A stretch of 64,000 bases of DNA from Mustelus asterias (taxonomy: Eukaryota): assembly GCF_964213995.1 (NCBI RefSeq), contig NW_027590156.1, positions 496,001-560,000 of the forward strand, written 5' to 3'. Below, piece after piece: positions 13,020 to 26,281 of the stretch. Position 1 is the stretch's first letter; the number at the start of each line of letters is the position of its first letter. The notes under the pieces are model-generated. The model saw only the letters and a list, made by a program, of their open reading frames with translations, was not told where the DNA came from and made no database searches. The translations under genes and the position numbers were made by a program.

Positions 13020-14830
13020 TGAGATTTTCGTGTCACTCGTAAAGTAGCATTTGTTGCCAATTCTTTTTTCCTTTGAGAATGTGGTGGTGGGCCCTCTTCT
13101 TGAATCATTGCATTCCATACTGAGTAAGTACACCCACAGTGCTGATAGGAAGGGAGTTACAAGATTTCTATTCATGGACACTGAAGTATAGCGATATAAT
13201 TCCAAGTCAAGATGGGTGTGGGTTTTATGGACGCTTGCAGGTAATAGTGTACTCATGCCTCTGCTGACCTTGTCCTTTTAAGTGTCAGAGTTAATGCTAT
13301 CTAAGGAATATGTTGCTGCGATACAATTTGTTTATGGTTCACATTATAGAGTTGTACATCTGTGATGCTGAGAGTGAGTGTTTAACGTGGTGGGTGGGGT
13401 GTTCATCGGACCGCCTGATTTTTGCTGGGTGGTATCTGGCTTTTTGTTGCTTCAGCGCCACACATCAGGCAAGTGGAGAACATTCAATCACACTCCTGAT
13501 TTTTGCCCTGAATACAATGGCTAGGGTTTGGGAAGTCAGGATGTGAGTTGCACAACGCTCAATTCCCAGCCTCTGACCTGCTCTTGTAGCAATATTATTT
13601 ACATGGCTGTCCCAGTTCACTTTTTTCATCAATGGTAATTGCCATAATGATGGGAGTTTCAACTGTAGTCATTCCATTTAATGACAAGCGGAGATGTTTG
13701 GAATCACTCTTTCTTGAGAGTGTCATTGCCTGCCGCTTGGGTGGTGTGAATGTCACTTGCCACTTCACAACCAAAGCCTAAATGTTTACTTCGTCTTGCA
13801 GCTTATGGACACGATCTGCTTCAGTGTCTGAGGAGTCGTAAATGTGCTGAACATTGTGTAATCATGAGTGAACATCCCACTTCTGACCTTGTAATGAAGG
13901 GTGAAGATTAGACCGAGCACACTATCCTGAGGAGTTCCTTCAGAAATGCCCTGTGACTCAGATGATTGGCTTTCAACAGCCACAGCCATCTTACTCTGTG
14001 CTCGGTATGACTGAATCCAGTGGAACGTTTTTCCCCAGAACCCCATTGACTGCAGCTTTTCTTAGGTTCCTTGATGCTACAATCGGTCAAGTGCTGCGTT
14101 GATGTAGAAGGCAGGCACTCTCACATCACCTCACTAATTCAGCTATTTCCACGATATTTGGACTAAGTTAAATGATTGCTGGAACCGAGGGCTCCTCGCG
14201 GGATCAAAACAGAGCATCATTGAGCAGATTATTATCATTGTTTATTGGATCATCCTTGACACTTTCCATTACATTGATCGAGTCAGGACTCGGTGCGGTA
14301 ATTGGTCAGGTTGGATTTCTCCTGCCTTTGCAATAGGGCATGTTTGCCAATTTTCCACACTGTTGGATATATGATACTGTTGTAGCTATACTTGAACAGA
14401 TTGGTTAGGGCGTAGCTAGTTGCAGAGCAGAAATCGCCATGAGTATTGCTAAATATTGTCAGGACCAATAATGTTTACATTGTCCAATGCCTTCAGCACC
14501 GAGTTAGACAACAGATAAATCATGATCATGTTGCATGGCGGAGCTTTCTCCAGAGGATGAATAGCCTACTCCTGTTCCTATGTTCCAGTTTATCATGTAA
14601 AATTAATTGAACAGGTTGGAGACAGGCATCTGTGATGCAGGGGACCTCAGGGGAATGACGAGATGGAACTTCATCTCGGCACTTATGGCTGAAGATGGTA
14701 GCAATTGTTTCAGTCTTGCTTCTTTTTCCTTTTACTGAGCTCCCTCATCATTAAGAATTGGGGTTTCATTTGAGGCTCCTGCTGCGGTTATTTGTTTAAA
14801 TGTCCACTACCATTCAGGATTGCATGCGGG
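13020..14830 (-). mobile_element. Old decayed LINE (L2/CR1 group) ORF2 fragments
   Basis: Minus-strand peptides WDSHVNNIATRAGQRLGI, GTPQDSVLG, YPTVWKIG...KSNLTNYR; many stops. Confidence 0.7.
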
Positions 14831-15274
14831 AGAAATACAAAGTTACATCCTGCCTGTAAAAATTCGGCTCAGAGTGATTATGCGATGTATACATTGACAT
14901 GTACTGGTGCAATATTAGTTGAAATAGAGTGCCATATGATATAATATATTATAATCGGAGACTGGGCCCATTCTAACATTTTTACATCAGGAACCCTATT
15001 AAAAATGAACAGACACAGGGTCCAGTGTAGTATTTATTGAGGCGGTGCCTGATTCGTATCATGTAACCCATCAAGATTTCAATTCCATCTGCTGTCAAAA
15101 CTCTGCAATTGCAGTTAACTGTGAAAATATTGTTGTCAGGTATGATCGACGATATTAATACATCAAGAATTCACATCCATGAATGTAATACCACATCCCC
15201 CTCTGTGGAACGTGCCAAGATTTGAGGTGCAACGAATTGTAGATGTACCTTGCTGAATAATGCAGATAAAGTGG

Positions 15275-16102
15275 TGTCCAGCAGGAATCTGTCTTGGGGC
15301 CTCAATTATTTACAATATTCATTAGCGGCTTAGATAATGGCATAAAAACGTCAAATATCCAGATGATATAGATCGAGGCGTTTTTTGGAAGGCGGATGCG
15401 CAGCGAGATTTGGAGGTACAGGTGCATAGCTTCTTAAAATGTCACGAACTGATGCAGAAAATGGTCAAGAAGGCCAATGGAATGCTGGCCTTCATATGTA
15501 AAGGACTGGAGTATCGGGATGCAGATGTTGTGCTGCAATTGTACAAAATCCTTGTTAGACCCCAATTCGAGTACTGTGAGCAGGTATGGGCAACACACTT
15601 TGGAAATATGTTGGCCTGGAGAGAGTTCAGTGCAGATTTATGAGAATTATACCTTTTTTAAGAGCTTAGGTTGCGAGGAGAAATTGGATAAATTCAGCCT
15701 TTTATTGTCGAAATCGGATATTTGAAGTGTGCTCTGAGAGAGATCTACAAAATGTTTACCGGGAAGGACGGGGTGGATAAGGAAAAAATGTTTCCACCAG
15801 TTGGCGGCTCTAAAATAAAGGGTCATAATTTAAAACAAGATAGGGCCAAGCCGTGTAGGAGAGTTGAGAGAACGCATTTCTACACACAGAGAGTGGTGGA
15901 AGTTTGGAACAACCTTCCTCAAACGCCGGTGGGTGCTGGTTTAATTGTTAAATTTAAGTCTGAGATAGTTTTTTCTATTGAACAGGGTTATCAAGGGATA
16001 TGGGCCTTGGGCAGGTACATGGAGATAGGTTACAGATCAGCCATGATCTTATAGAATGGCGGGGCGAGTTCGAGGAGCTGAATGGCCTACTCCTGTTCCT
16101 TT
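15275..16102 (+). mobile_element. Decayed CR1 3' fragment
   Basis: KKANGMLAFICKGLEY...LVRPQFEYC, FYTQRVVEVWNNLP, CR1 3'UTR. Confidence 0.85.
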
Positions 16103-19100
16103 GTTGCGAGGTCAGCCTCAGAGCAAAATGCCTCAATCCATGGTAATGTATTTTTGTTCATCTTGATGAGAAGGAGGAATGTTGACCAGGACGCTGTTGG
16201 TGATCATGGGACCTTTAACGTCCAGCTCAGAAATCATGGCGATGGGGAAAGTTTCTTTCTTCATCATTCCATCTGAAACATAGTTGGAATCATTGTATCT
16301 GAAGCCTCCTCGGAAGCAAAGGTGGAGTCTTAAGTTGAAGGAAAATGTTTGTATGCGTGTGTGTGTGTGAACTTGTGTGTGTGTGTGTGAGAACAAGAGA
16401 ATGTGTGGATGTATGTGTGTGGCTGTGTGCGTTGTCTGAAAAATGTCATATTGTGTACAAATCAATTTCACAATGATAATCGGCATCCTTCCATTTACAA
16501 TAAAAGTTAGACACACAGTAAACACATCAGTTTCAGAAAGGTTTCTTTTTCATAGGTCACCTTTGTTGATTACTGAGCAGGACAATTTTTTGGAGCTTGA
16601 TTTGACTAAAAGTGTTGTAAATGAAACTACCAATTGTGGTTATAATTTGTCGTCTTCTGTGTCATGAATGAGACTGAGGATATTTGGTGGAGAGAGAATG
16701 TCCCCAAATCTTGTAGTCCCTGCTCTGCTGCTAGTGTCGAATGTCTGAGTGAGAATCATGAAATTATGGGAAAGACACGTGTACATGGCATATGGAGCAG
16801 ATGTTTTACTAGAGTAAATATTCCAACACAAACACAACACCTTGCTTCAGGGTAATCCCGGTCTTCAAGCAGATGGAAGTTTTAAAGAGTGACACTGGCA
16901 AAGGCCTTTCCCGTGATACTATGTTGGAGATATATCTGTAGTTGTTGCTGTGTCCTCTGTCGGGTTTGCTTTCAGATAGTGTGATGTTTTTGAATCATGC
17001 ATCTCCTGTGGAACGGATCCTATCTTCCAACAGAGAAAGAGAAAGTCATAAATGTTCAGAAAGTTGGTATTTATTTTCACCAATTGCCATCCATTCACAA
17101 ATTTTCACAATTTTGTTCATCAATTATCATCCATTCATTAACATTAATATATTTATGTTTTAATTTAAGGGATGTGGGCGTTGATGGCTCGGTCAACATT
17201 TGTTGCCTGTCCCTAATTGCCCTTCGTAAGCTGGTGGTGAGCTCCCTTCTTGAATTCCTGCAGAACCTTTGGTGTAGCTGTTACAGAGGGAGTTCCATGA
17301 TTTTGACCCAGCGACAGTGAAGCATGGACGATATGCTTCCAAGTCAGGTATATGAATGACTTGGAGGGGAATTTATAGGTGATATTCCCAGGTAACTGTT
17401 ACTCCTGTCCTTCCAGGTGGTAACTTCGTGTGGTTGGAAGTGCTGCCGAAGGAGTCTTGGTGGGTTCCTGAAATGAATCTTGTAGATGGTACATAATATT
17501 GCTGTTGTTTGTCGGTGGTGGATGGAGTGAACAATTCCAACTGCTATGCCAGTCAAGCCGGCTGCTTTGTCCTTAATGGTATCAATCTTCTTAAATGTTG
17601 TTTGAGCTCCACTCATTCAAACAAGTGGAGAAATTCCTATTGCACTTCTGATTTGTGTCTTGTAGGTGGTGGGCAGGTTTGGGGAGTCAGGAGGTGGGTT
17701 ACTCACGGGAGGCTGACTTGATATTCCAGCCGGAGCATTTATATACCTAGTTAATTCAGCAATTGGCCAATGGTAACCCCGGCTATGCTTATCGTGGGTC
17801 ATTCAGTATCGTAATATCATTGAGTGACAAGGGGCAATGGACAGATTTTCGCTTTTTGGAGATCGTCATTGCCTGGCGCGAGTACTACGAATAATCTTCA
17901 ATTCACAAAAATAAATTAATATTTCCAAACCCAGTTGCAGTTTATTTAATATAATTTATTGAGATTCAAATGTATTGAGATCACATTGACCTTTCTGTCA
18001 CCAAAGAATCAAATCTGCAACAAGCGGGAAATGGAATTAAATCAGATCGTGGATCGGGAGCAGCTACCCAGCCGCCTCTCCCCTTTATTGACACGTAATT
18101 ACCTCATCATCACACAGAAACTCCTGATACATAACTGGAGTGTGTGACCATTTTAAAAATGACGGTAGAATTGAAAGTATCTGTATCTAATGTGAATTTA
18201 TAGAAGCTTAAAATCCAGATTAATTTTTGCATAGTTCTGGAAAGTAATTCACCACTACAAGCTGTCCAATGAGTTTCATAATATTTCTGTTGCCACTTTA
18301 TTTACTTTTTTAGCCTGTTGCCTTCAGTAATTTGGGTGATGATATGTTGAGTGATTTGTTGCTCTCGAAAGGGCCACATGTTCTAAATATTACAATCCAC
18401 CCTAATCAACTTAATCATGTTCACTATTTCCAGCTTGGATTTGAAGATGGGGGAGGGGGGTAGGAAATCAGACTACTCTGACCGAGATTCAGTTCATTTG
18501 CTCCCGATAGCCCGGGGATGGAATTCACCAAGAAAATATGGGAGGGCTAAAGGTTATGCACTGACACAATTGTAATAAAGGACCAGCTTCGATTTTTAAA
18601 GTAGCAAAACACAAGTATGCGAATGTAGAACAACAAATTTCAGGACCAGCTATCGTCGCATCCATCAATCCATTCACTGATTCCTCTATCCTCTACTGGC
18701 ATCCAACTATCGTTCATCCCTGCACCAACACAAGCAATTATTTATTTTTTGTGTAGCTGGTGGCGCAATATTAATGCCAGTGGACCGGTAATCCAGAAGC
18801 CCGTGGGATCACGAGATTAAATGCGACCATGGCAGCTGGTGGAATTTGATTTCAATCAATAAATCTGGATTCATACTTACTGCGACCAGATTAACCACTC
18901 TGATTCCCCAATCAAGGAAATCTGCCATCCCTACTTGGTCTCACCAGGATGTGACTCCAGACGGACAGCAGTATGCATAACTGGACAATGCTTTCCGAGA
19001 TACCATAGCACACCACTCAGTTGAAAATAAATTAAGCACAGGAAACAAATGTTGGTCTTTCCAGAGCCTCCCACGTCCTATGGAAGAATAAAGTGAAATA

Positions 19101-20397
19101 AAACACAAGCAGACATGTTTATATCGCATAAAGTATATCACCTCTCTGAATCAACTCTCACAATCTGCCTGTATTTATTTCTATCCATCGATCATAGTGG
19201 TTTGTTGTGTTGGAGAGATCATCGTTGTTGCTAATAAGGTGCCAGAGAAGTTGGATAGCTTTCTTTTCCAAAGAAATGGGGAGCATTCATATAAGTTTAC
19301 AACTTTAAAAATAATTAAGTTGCCTCCAGTACTGTTGCTGGGCAGATTTGTTTATAAATAGGCCCCATTGACAATGCTATGAGTTTGAAGTTGGCTTGCA
19401 GCCAAGCGCTCAGTACTGAGGAAACAGATCTTTGAGTTTCTGAACAAACACCCTCAGATGCTTCCTGTAAATATCTTCTGGTATTTAGCAGCAGGTTGGA
19501 CTGCTGCCAATTACTGCCTTGGACAGATTAACGTGAATATTAAGGATAACATGGGACTTAGCCAGTTATACAATAAATGATTGATTCCAACAAGAAAGAC
19601 ACGTATTCAATGGTATTCATTCCAAACAAATATTTTAAATGAATGCACTGTTCATTATGTGATCAAACTGTATCAGAAACTAGTAAATTGGCTAGGTACT
19701 ATTTCATTTGTATAACGTCCAAATAAATGTTCTTCCAACAATTAAAGCCATTTTGTGAGCAACTTCATGAAGTGCACGAAAGAGGTTTTGATGTCCCCAA
19801 TCCCTCAGCCCAATGAGATCAGTGTATTAGCCCAAAATTAAAATAATTAAAAGTAAAAGAAAGTCATATAACTGCCTTGAACAGCGGGGATTCCTGGAAT
19901 ATTCTCAGTGTTCTACACCTCTTTAAAAATACAACGTCAATTATACGTGATTGGCACCATGTTCTGTTGTGCAGCATAACCTGATTTCGAATATTTAACA
20001 GTCCCTCTCAGAGCTGCCAATGAGTGAAGAAATGACCAGCTCATAACCTTGTTCAGTGGAAGATAAAACATTTACTCTTGTGATATTGTGAAAAATGCTG
20101 CAAAGTCCTGATATCCTGTATTCCCACGACGAATGAATGCTAGACAGCGGTGGCCAATGAAATGAGCTGTAATGATTGGGATGCTGAAGGAGAACTTTCC
20201 TGATCGCCGTGTTGGTTCTGATTCATTAATTTCTCTGTCAAAATCGGTTTCAATTTTATGTATCTCTGTCAACTCAATTAATTATAAGTCAACCAGGTTT
20301 CTTTCACTGTTAATTTTCACAGGGTTAAGGAGCTGTTGGGGAAATATAAGGTGTAACATTGTATCATATGAGGAGTTTCTTTTTTCAATTCATTCGT

Positions 20398-20700
20398 GGG
20401 CGGCACGGTGGCATAGTTGTTAGCACTGCTGCGGCACAGCGCCAGGGACCCGGATTCAATTCCAGGTTTGGATTTGCGTGGAGTCTCTGTCTGTGTGGAG
20501 TCTGCACGTCTTCCAATTGTCTGCCTATTTACTCACACGGTCCGAAGATGTGCCGCTTAGGTTGATTAGCGATGATAAATTCTTCCATGATGCCAAGGGA
20601 ATTAGCAGGGAATATACGTGGGGTGATGCGGAGAGGGCCTGAGTGGGAATGGTGTCAGTGCAGGCCTAATGGCCTCCTTCTGCTCTGTAGGGATTCTATG
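20398..20700 (+). mobile_element. tRNA-derived shark SINE
   Basis: GGGCGGCACGGTGGCATAGTTGTTAGCACTGCTG...GGATTCAATTCC. Confidence 0.8.
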
Positions 20701-21442
20701 GACATGGATGCCGCTGAATGATCAGCATTTATTGCCCACTCCTTGTCCGAGGGCAGTTGAGAGCCAGCCACATTGCTGTGGCTCTGGAATCACATGTAGG
20801 CCAGCCAGGTAAGGACTGCAGATTTCCTTCTCGAAAGGACATTACTGAAGACAATCGACAATGATATCATGGTCGTCAGTAGATTCCTAAGTCCAGACGT
20901 TTTTACTGAATTTAAATTCCGCCATCTGCCGTGGCGGGATTCGAAGCCGGATCCTGAGAACATTAGTTGAGTTTGTGGATTAATTGTATAGCGATAATAA
21001 CACTAAGCCATTGCTTCCCTTTTTCTTATATCCAGTCCCAAATTACACGGATAGCTATCCACACCTGAAATACAATCATCCCAGCATGTAGTTACATAAA
21101 TCGATAATAATTCTTCTAATTAATTAATATTTTGCTGCAATGTGTTAGAGACACAGAATTATTGCAAATCTGACTGACGTCTTTACACTGATAAGATAAT
21201 GTCACCTTGTTTATGTCTATTCCCTTGTGAAGGGGTGCAGAAATGAAGGTATTTAATTTACAATGAAATTGTTTATTTTATATAACAGATAATCAAATGC
21301 AATTTCACCTCTTGGACTTGCAGAGACATTACAATGGATCTCAATCTTACTGCCTCAGTATTAGTCTGTTTCTGGAATGTTCCAGTGTCAGCAATCAATT
21401 CACCGGGAGTAATCCTCGGTATTTTTGATAAATTTTATTTGA

Positions 21443-21735
21443 TTTCATTTGATTTATTATTATCACACATATTAGTACACAGTGAAAGTTATTGTTTCGT
21501 GTTCACTATATAGACAGAGCATACTGTACACAGGGAAGAAAGGGAGAGAGTTTAGAATGTAATGTTACAGTCATAGCTAGGGTGTAGAAAAAGATCAACT
21601 TAATGCGAGGTAGGTCCATTCAAAAGTCTGAATGCAGCAAGAAAGAAATTGTTTTTAACTCGGTTTATAAATGTCCTCAAGCTTTTGCATCAGCGCGATG
21701 GAAAAAGGCAAGAGAGTATGTTCGGGGTGCATGGC
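21443..21735 (-). mobile_element. LINE 3' fragment (Rex1/Babar-like, tentative)
   Basis: Recognised by eye as a common shark repeat 3' end (TTTATTATTATCACA...CAGTCATAGCTAGGGTGTAG...CCATTCAAAAGTCTGA); no coding confirmation. Confidence 0.45.
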
Positions 21736-21771
21736 GTTGTTTTTACATGTTTTTCTTTCATATTTTTAAAA

Positions 21772-21929
21772 GTGTCTAATTAGACGTTGTGTTGGCTCAA
21801 CCAGAGGCAGAAACCGGGCGTCCCTGAGGCTCCCTGAGACTGACCTGTAAAGCCATCGCGTGGCTTTACCCATGGCAGCAACTGGGTGTCAAGGTCCGAC
21901 AGGTCCCTGGACAGTGTTTGTAGTGTCTT
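21772..21929 (+). pseudogene. IgM VH pseudogene fragment (FR1-CDR1-FR2)
   Basis: GACGTTGTGTTGGCTCAACCAGAGGCAGAAACCGGGCGTCCC-TGA-GGCTCCCTGAGACTGACCTGTAAA...GTCCGACAGGTCCCTGGACAG = [22 protein letters not shown]...VRQVPGQ; stops, frameshift, no leader, truncated by CR1. Confidence 0.92.
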
Positions 21930-22790
21930 AGGAACATAACAACTAGGAGCAGAAGTAGGCCAACTAACGCCTCGATCCTGCTCCGCCATTGAATAAGATC
22001 ATGGCCGATCTTTTTGTGGACTCAGCTCCACTTATCAGCCCGTACACCATGACCCTTCATTACTTTACTGTTCAGAAATGTATTTTTCCTTGCCTTCGAA
22101 ACTTTAAATGAGTAGCCTCCACTGCTTCACTGGGCAGGGAATTCCACAGATTCACAATCCTTTGTGTGAAGAATTTCCTCCTCAACTGAGTGCTAAATCT
22201 GCTCCTCCTTATTTTGAGGCTATGCCCCCTAGTTCTGGTTTCACCTGCCAGTGGAAACAACTTCCCTGCTTCTATCTTATCAATTCCCTTCCTAATCTCA
22301 TATGCTTCTATAAGATTCTCCCGGCATTCTTCTGAATTCCAATGACTATATGTTCAATACCTCTGAATTTCTTCATTTCCAGTTATTACATCCCCCTTGT
22401 TATCCTCTAAAGGACCAATGTTTACTTTAGCCACTCTTTTTTTTGCTTTCTATATTTGTAGAAACATTTGATATCTGTTTTCATATTCTAAGCTAGTTTA
22501 CTTTCATCATCCATCATACTTTTCCTTATAGCTTTTTTCGTGGCTTTCTGTTGACTTTTGAATATTTCCAAATGCTCTAATTAATAACTAATCTTTGCCA
22601 CTATATCTGCATTTTCTTTCAATTTGGTACTCTCCTTTATTTCCTTAGATATCCATGGCTGATTATTTTTTTTTCTACAGTCCTTCCTTATCACTGGTAC
22701 ATACTTTTGCTGAGCACTGTGAAATTTGTATCTATACTTGGACTCATTTAAAATCATTTCTGGAATCGAGTGATTCTGGCGGAACAAAAA
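21930..22790 (-). mobile_element. CR1 LINE fragments truncating the pseudo-VH
   Basis: FFTQRIVNLWNSLP, QQKYVPVIRKDCRKK...PWISKEIK; similar to 3853-6645. Confidence 0.85.
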
Positions 22791-23391
22791 TTGAGCATTT
22801 TGGTTTGCGTGTTTTGTGAAATACATCATGTTCTTTAGAAATTAATTTAAAAATGATCACTTGCATCCTTCCATTTACAGCACATGATGGACACACAATA
22901 AACACATCCAATTCAGATTGACTTCCTTTACATATGTAACCTTTTCTGATGATTGAGGAGGACAATTTTTGAAAGGTTAGTTCTGCCACAAGTGCTGCCC
23001 ATTAAGCTACCATTTGTTATCGTTTTTGTATCATGAATGGATATTAGGAGCTTTGGTGTAGAGTTTTGGTTATCACCAGAATCCTATAGTCCTTGCCGTG
23101 CTGACGGTGTTGAATGTCTTAGCGAGATTGACCAAAGTACGTTAAATATATGGACATAAGGAACATGGAGAAGTTGTTGTCTGGAGTACATCTTCCAACA
23201 CAATCACTACACTGCACATCAGGAATACCCAGTCTGCAAGCAGATGATGTATTTCAAGTGTGACCCTAGCAAATATCTTTCCCGTGATACCACGACTGAG
23301 ATATGTCTGTAGCTGGAGAAGCCTCTTCCATTGGCTTACTTTGCAAAAAGTGTAACGAATTTGAATCATGCATCTCTTGTGGAATGGTGGG

Positions 23392-23700
23392 TGCCAGGGT
23401 GGCACAGTGGTTAGCTCTGTTGCCTCACATCGCCAGGGCCACAGGTTTTGTTCCTGGCTTGGGTCAGTGTCTGTGCGGAGTCTGCACCTTCTTCCCGTAT
23501 ATGCGTGGATTTCCTCTGGGTGCTCCAGTTTTCTCCCACAGTCCGAAAAAGCATGCAAGTAGGGTCCGCTGGCCAGGCTCAATTCTCCCTCAGTGTACCC
23601 GAACAGAATCCGCAACGTGGCGACTCCCGGATTTTCACAGTAACTTCATTGAAGTGTTAATGTAAGCCTACTTGTGACATTAATAAATAAACTTCAAACC
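23392..23700 (+). mobile_element. tRNA-derived shark SINE, specific to duplication copy B
   Basis: Full family body; empty site in copy A at ~17010-17022. Confidence 0.85.
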
Positions 23701-26281
23701 TTAAATCTTCCAGCAGATAAGGAGAATGTCATAAATGTTCAGAAAAATAGTAATTATTTTCACCAACGACCGTCCATTCACAATTTTATAAATGCATTCA
23801 CCAGTTCTCATTCATTCATAAAGATTAGTATATTTAACATTACTTTATGGGAGGTGGGCGACACTTTCTAGGCCAGCATTTGTTCTCCATTGCTAATTGC
23901 ATTCGGTAAAGTGGTGGTGAACCGCCTTGTTGAACCGCTGCAAAACCTGCAGAGTAGGTACTCCCATAGTGCTGTTAGGGAGGGTGCTCATGGATTCCGA
24001 CCCAGCGACAGCTTAGGAACGGTAATATATGTTCAAGTGGGGTTGATGTGTCTTGGAGGGGAATTTCCAGGAGGGGTTGTTCCACTTCACCAATTATCAT
24101 CAATTCATACAGATAAACAATTATTTCACCAATTATATTCAGTATTTTGATAAAAGCAAAATACTACGGATTCTGGAAACTGAAACAAAAACAATAAATT
24201 CTGGAAAATCTCAACAGGTCTGACAGCATCTGGGAAGAGAGAATAGAGCCAACATTTTGAGTCAGGATGACCCATTTTTATTTGGAGGAAATTGAAGTGG
24301 ATGATGAAATTTGGAAATGATAAGGTTGGATAGGGATTAGGAAGTTTTATTTAGGATATAGTTAGTGATTGAGGCGTTGATTAGGTTAGTTAGGATGGAG
24401 AAGTTGAATATGATATTTGGGATCGATATCTGAATTGATGTAACTTGTGTGCGGGTCGACATAGTGTATATCATTAAACAGTAACGATTTAAACTAGTCC
24501 CATCTCACAGGAAAGTGATGCAGCTTCTCTGACACCTTGTTAGAAACAATGATGATCTCTCCAACGCATCAGGAATACTCTGCCGAAGCACCATCCAGAC
24601 ACGAAAGGTTGGCTCTACTCTGTCTCCACAGAAGCTGTCAGGCCTGCTGCGATTTTCCAGCATTTTCTGTTTGTTTTCAATATTTCATCCTATACAACAT
24701 ACAATTGTAATTTGCTTCGTAGGATGTATTGACATTAACATTTATTGGCATCATATTGGCCTTTCTGTCACCAAGGAATAAAATCTGTCTCAGAATTCAG
24801 TGGGGAATGGAATTAATTCAGACCGAGGATAATGAACAGGTACCCAGCAGCCTCTGTTCTTCATTGACAAGTAATCACCTCATCATCACACAGAAAGTCC
24901 TGATACATAGCTGGAGTGTGTGATGATTTTCAAAGTGATGATATAAATGAAACTACCTGTACCTCATGTGAAGTTACTGAACCTTTAAATCCTGATTTAT
25001 TATTACACTGTTTTGGGAAGTAATGTAACACTTGTAGTTGTCCAGTGAGTCTCACAATATTTCTGTTGGTGCCTTATTTACTTTTCACCCTGTTACCTTC
25101 ACTAATTTGGGTGAGGGCATGTTGAGTGATTTGCTGCACGTGAAGAACCACATGTTTCAAATATTACAATCCTCCCTCCTCAAACTTAATCACGTTCACT
25201 CTTTTTATCTTGGATATGAAGATTCAGCATCAGCAGAGAAATGAACCATCCGAGCAGCAGGAATATCTCGTCCTTCTCTTCGTGAGGATCAGCGTGCTAA
25301 CTCCCGATAAACTCGTGATGGATTTCACCCAGACACTCTGGAAGAATTGAAGGTATTAGACTGACACAAATGGAATAAAGGAGATGATTCAATTTATGAA
25401 ATAATCAAGCACAAATATGGGAATGTAGAACAGCATTTTTCAATGCCATCTATCAATGCATCCATCAATCCATTAATTGAATGCTCAATCAAAATATTCA
25501 GGCATCAAACTGTCATTTATCCAAACATCATTCATTCAAATGTCATTCATTCCTGAATCAACACAGTAATACATTTATTGTTTGCGTAGATTGTGACATA
25601 ATATTAATTTAATTTATCCAGTGATCCAGAGACCCAGGACAATGATGTGGGGACAGGGATTTAAATCGGAGCATTGCAGCTGGTGGAATTTGAGTTCAAT
25701 TAATAAATCTGGAATAGATATTAATGGCGACCATTGGAACCTCTCTGATTCCCCAATGGACGAAATCTGCCATCGCTACCTGGTCTCACAAGAATGTGAC
25801 TCCTGACGGACAGCAAAATAGCTGACTCTTTCATATCTTCAGAAGTGGCCTAGAAAACCAGTCAGTTCAAGGGAATTTGGGACATGGAAAAAGTGCTGGT
25901 CTTTCCAACCAAACATGTCATGGAATGATAAAGGGAAAGAAAATACAAACATACATGTTCATGTATCGTCTCTCTGAGTCATCTCTTAGTTTGTCTGTAA
26001 TTCTTTCTATCCATCTATCACAATATCTTCATGTGTTGGAAAAATCATCATTGTTGCTAACAGGGTGCCAGAGAAGCTGCATGACTTTCCTTTCTTTAGA
26101 GATGGGAACAATTCATTTAGATTTACAACTTTAAATAATTAAAGTGCCTCCAGTCGTGTTACTGGGTAGATTTGTTTATAAATAGGCCTCATTGACAACG
26201 TGAAGTGTTTTAAGTTTTCTTGCAGCCAAATGGTCAGTACTGAGGAAAGAGATCTTTGATCTACTGCACAAACACCCACAG

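Larger units (their letters stand above)
16430..21929 (+). repeat. Segmental duplication copy A of the VH-upstream module
   Basis: Colinear similarity with 22815-29792 (e.g. 16483~22863, 18080~24860, 19321~26144, 20010~28485, 21030~28870), ending in a VH pseudo-exon. Confidence 0.85.
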
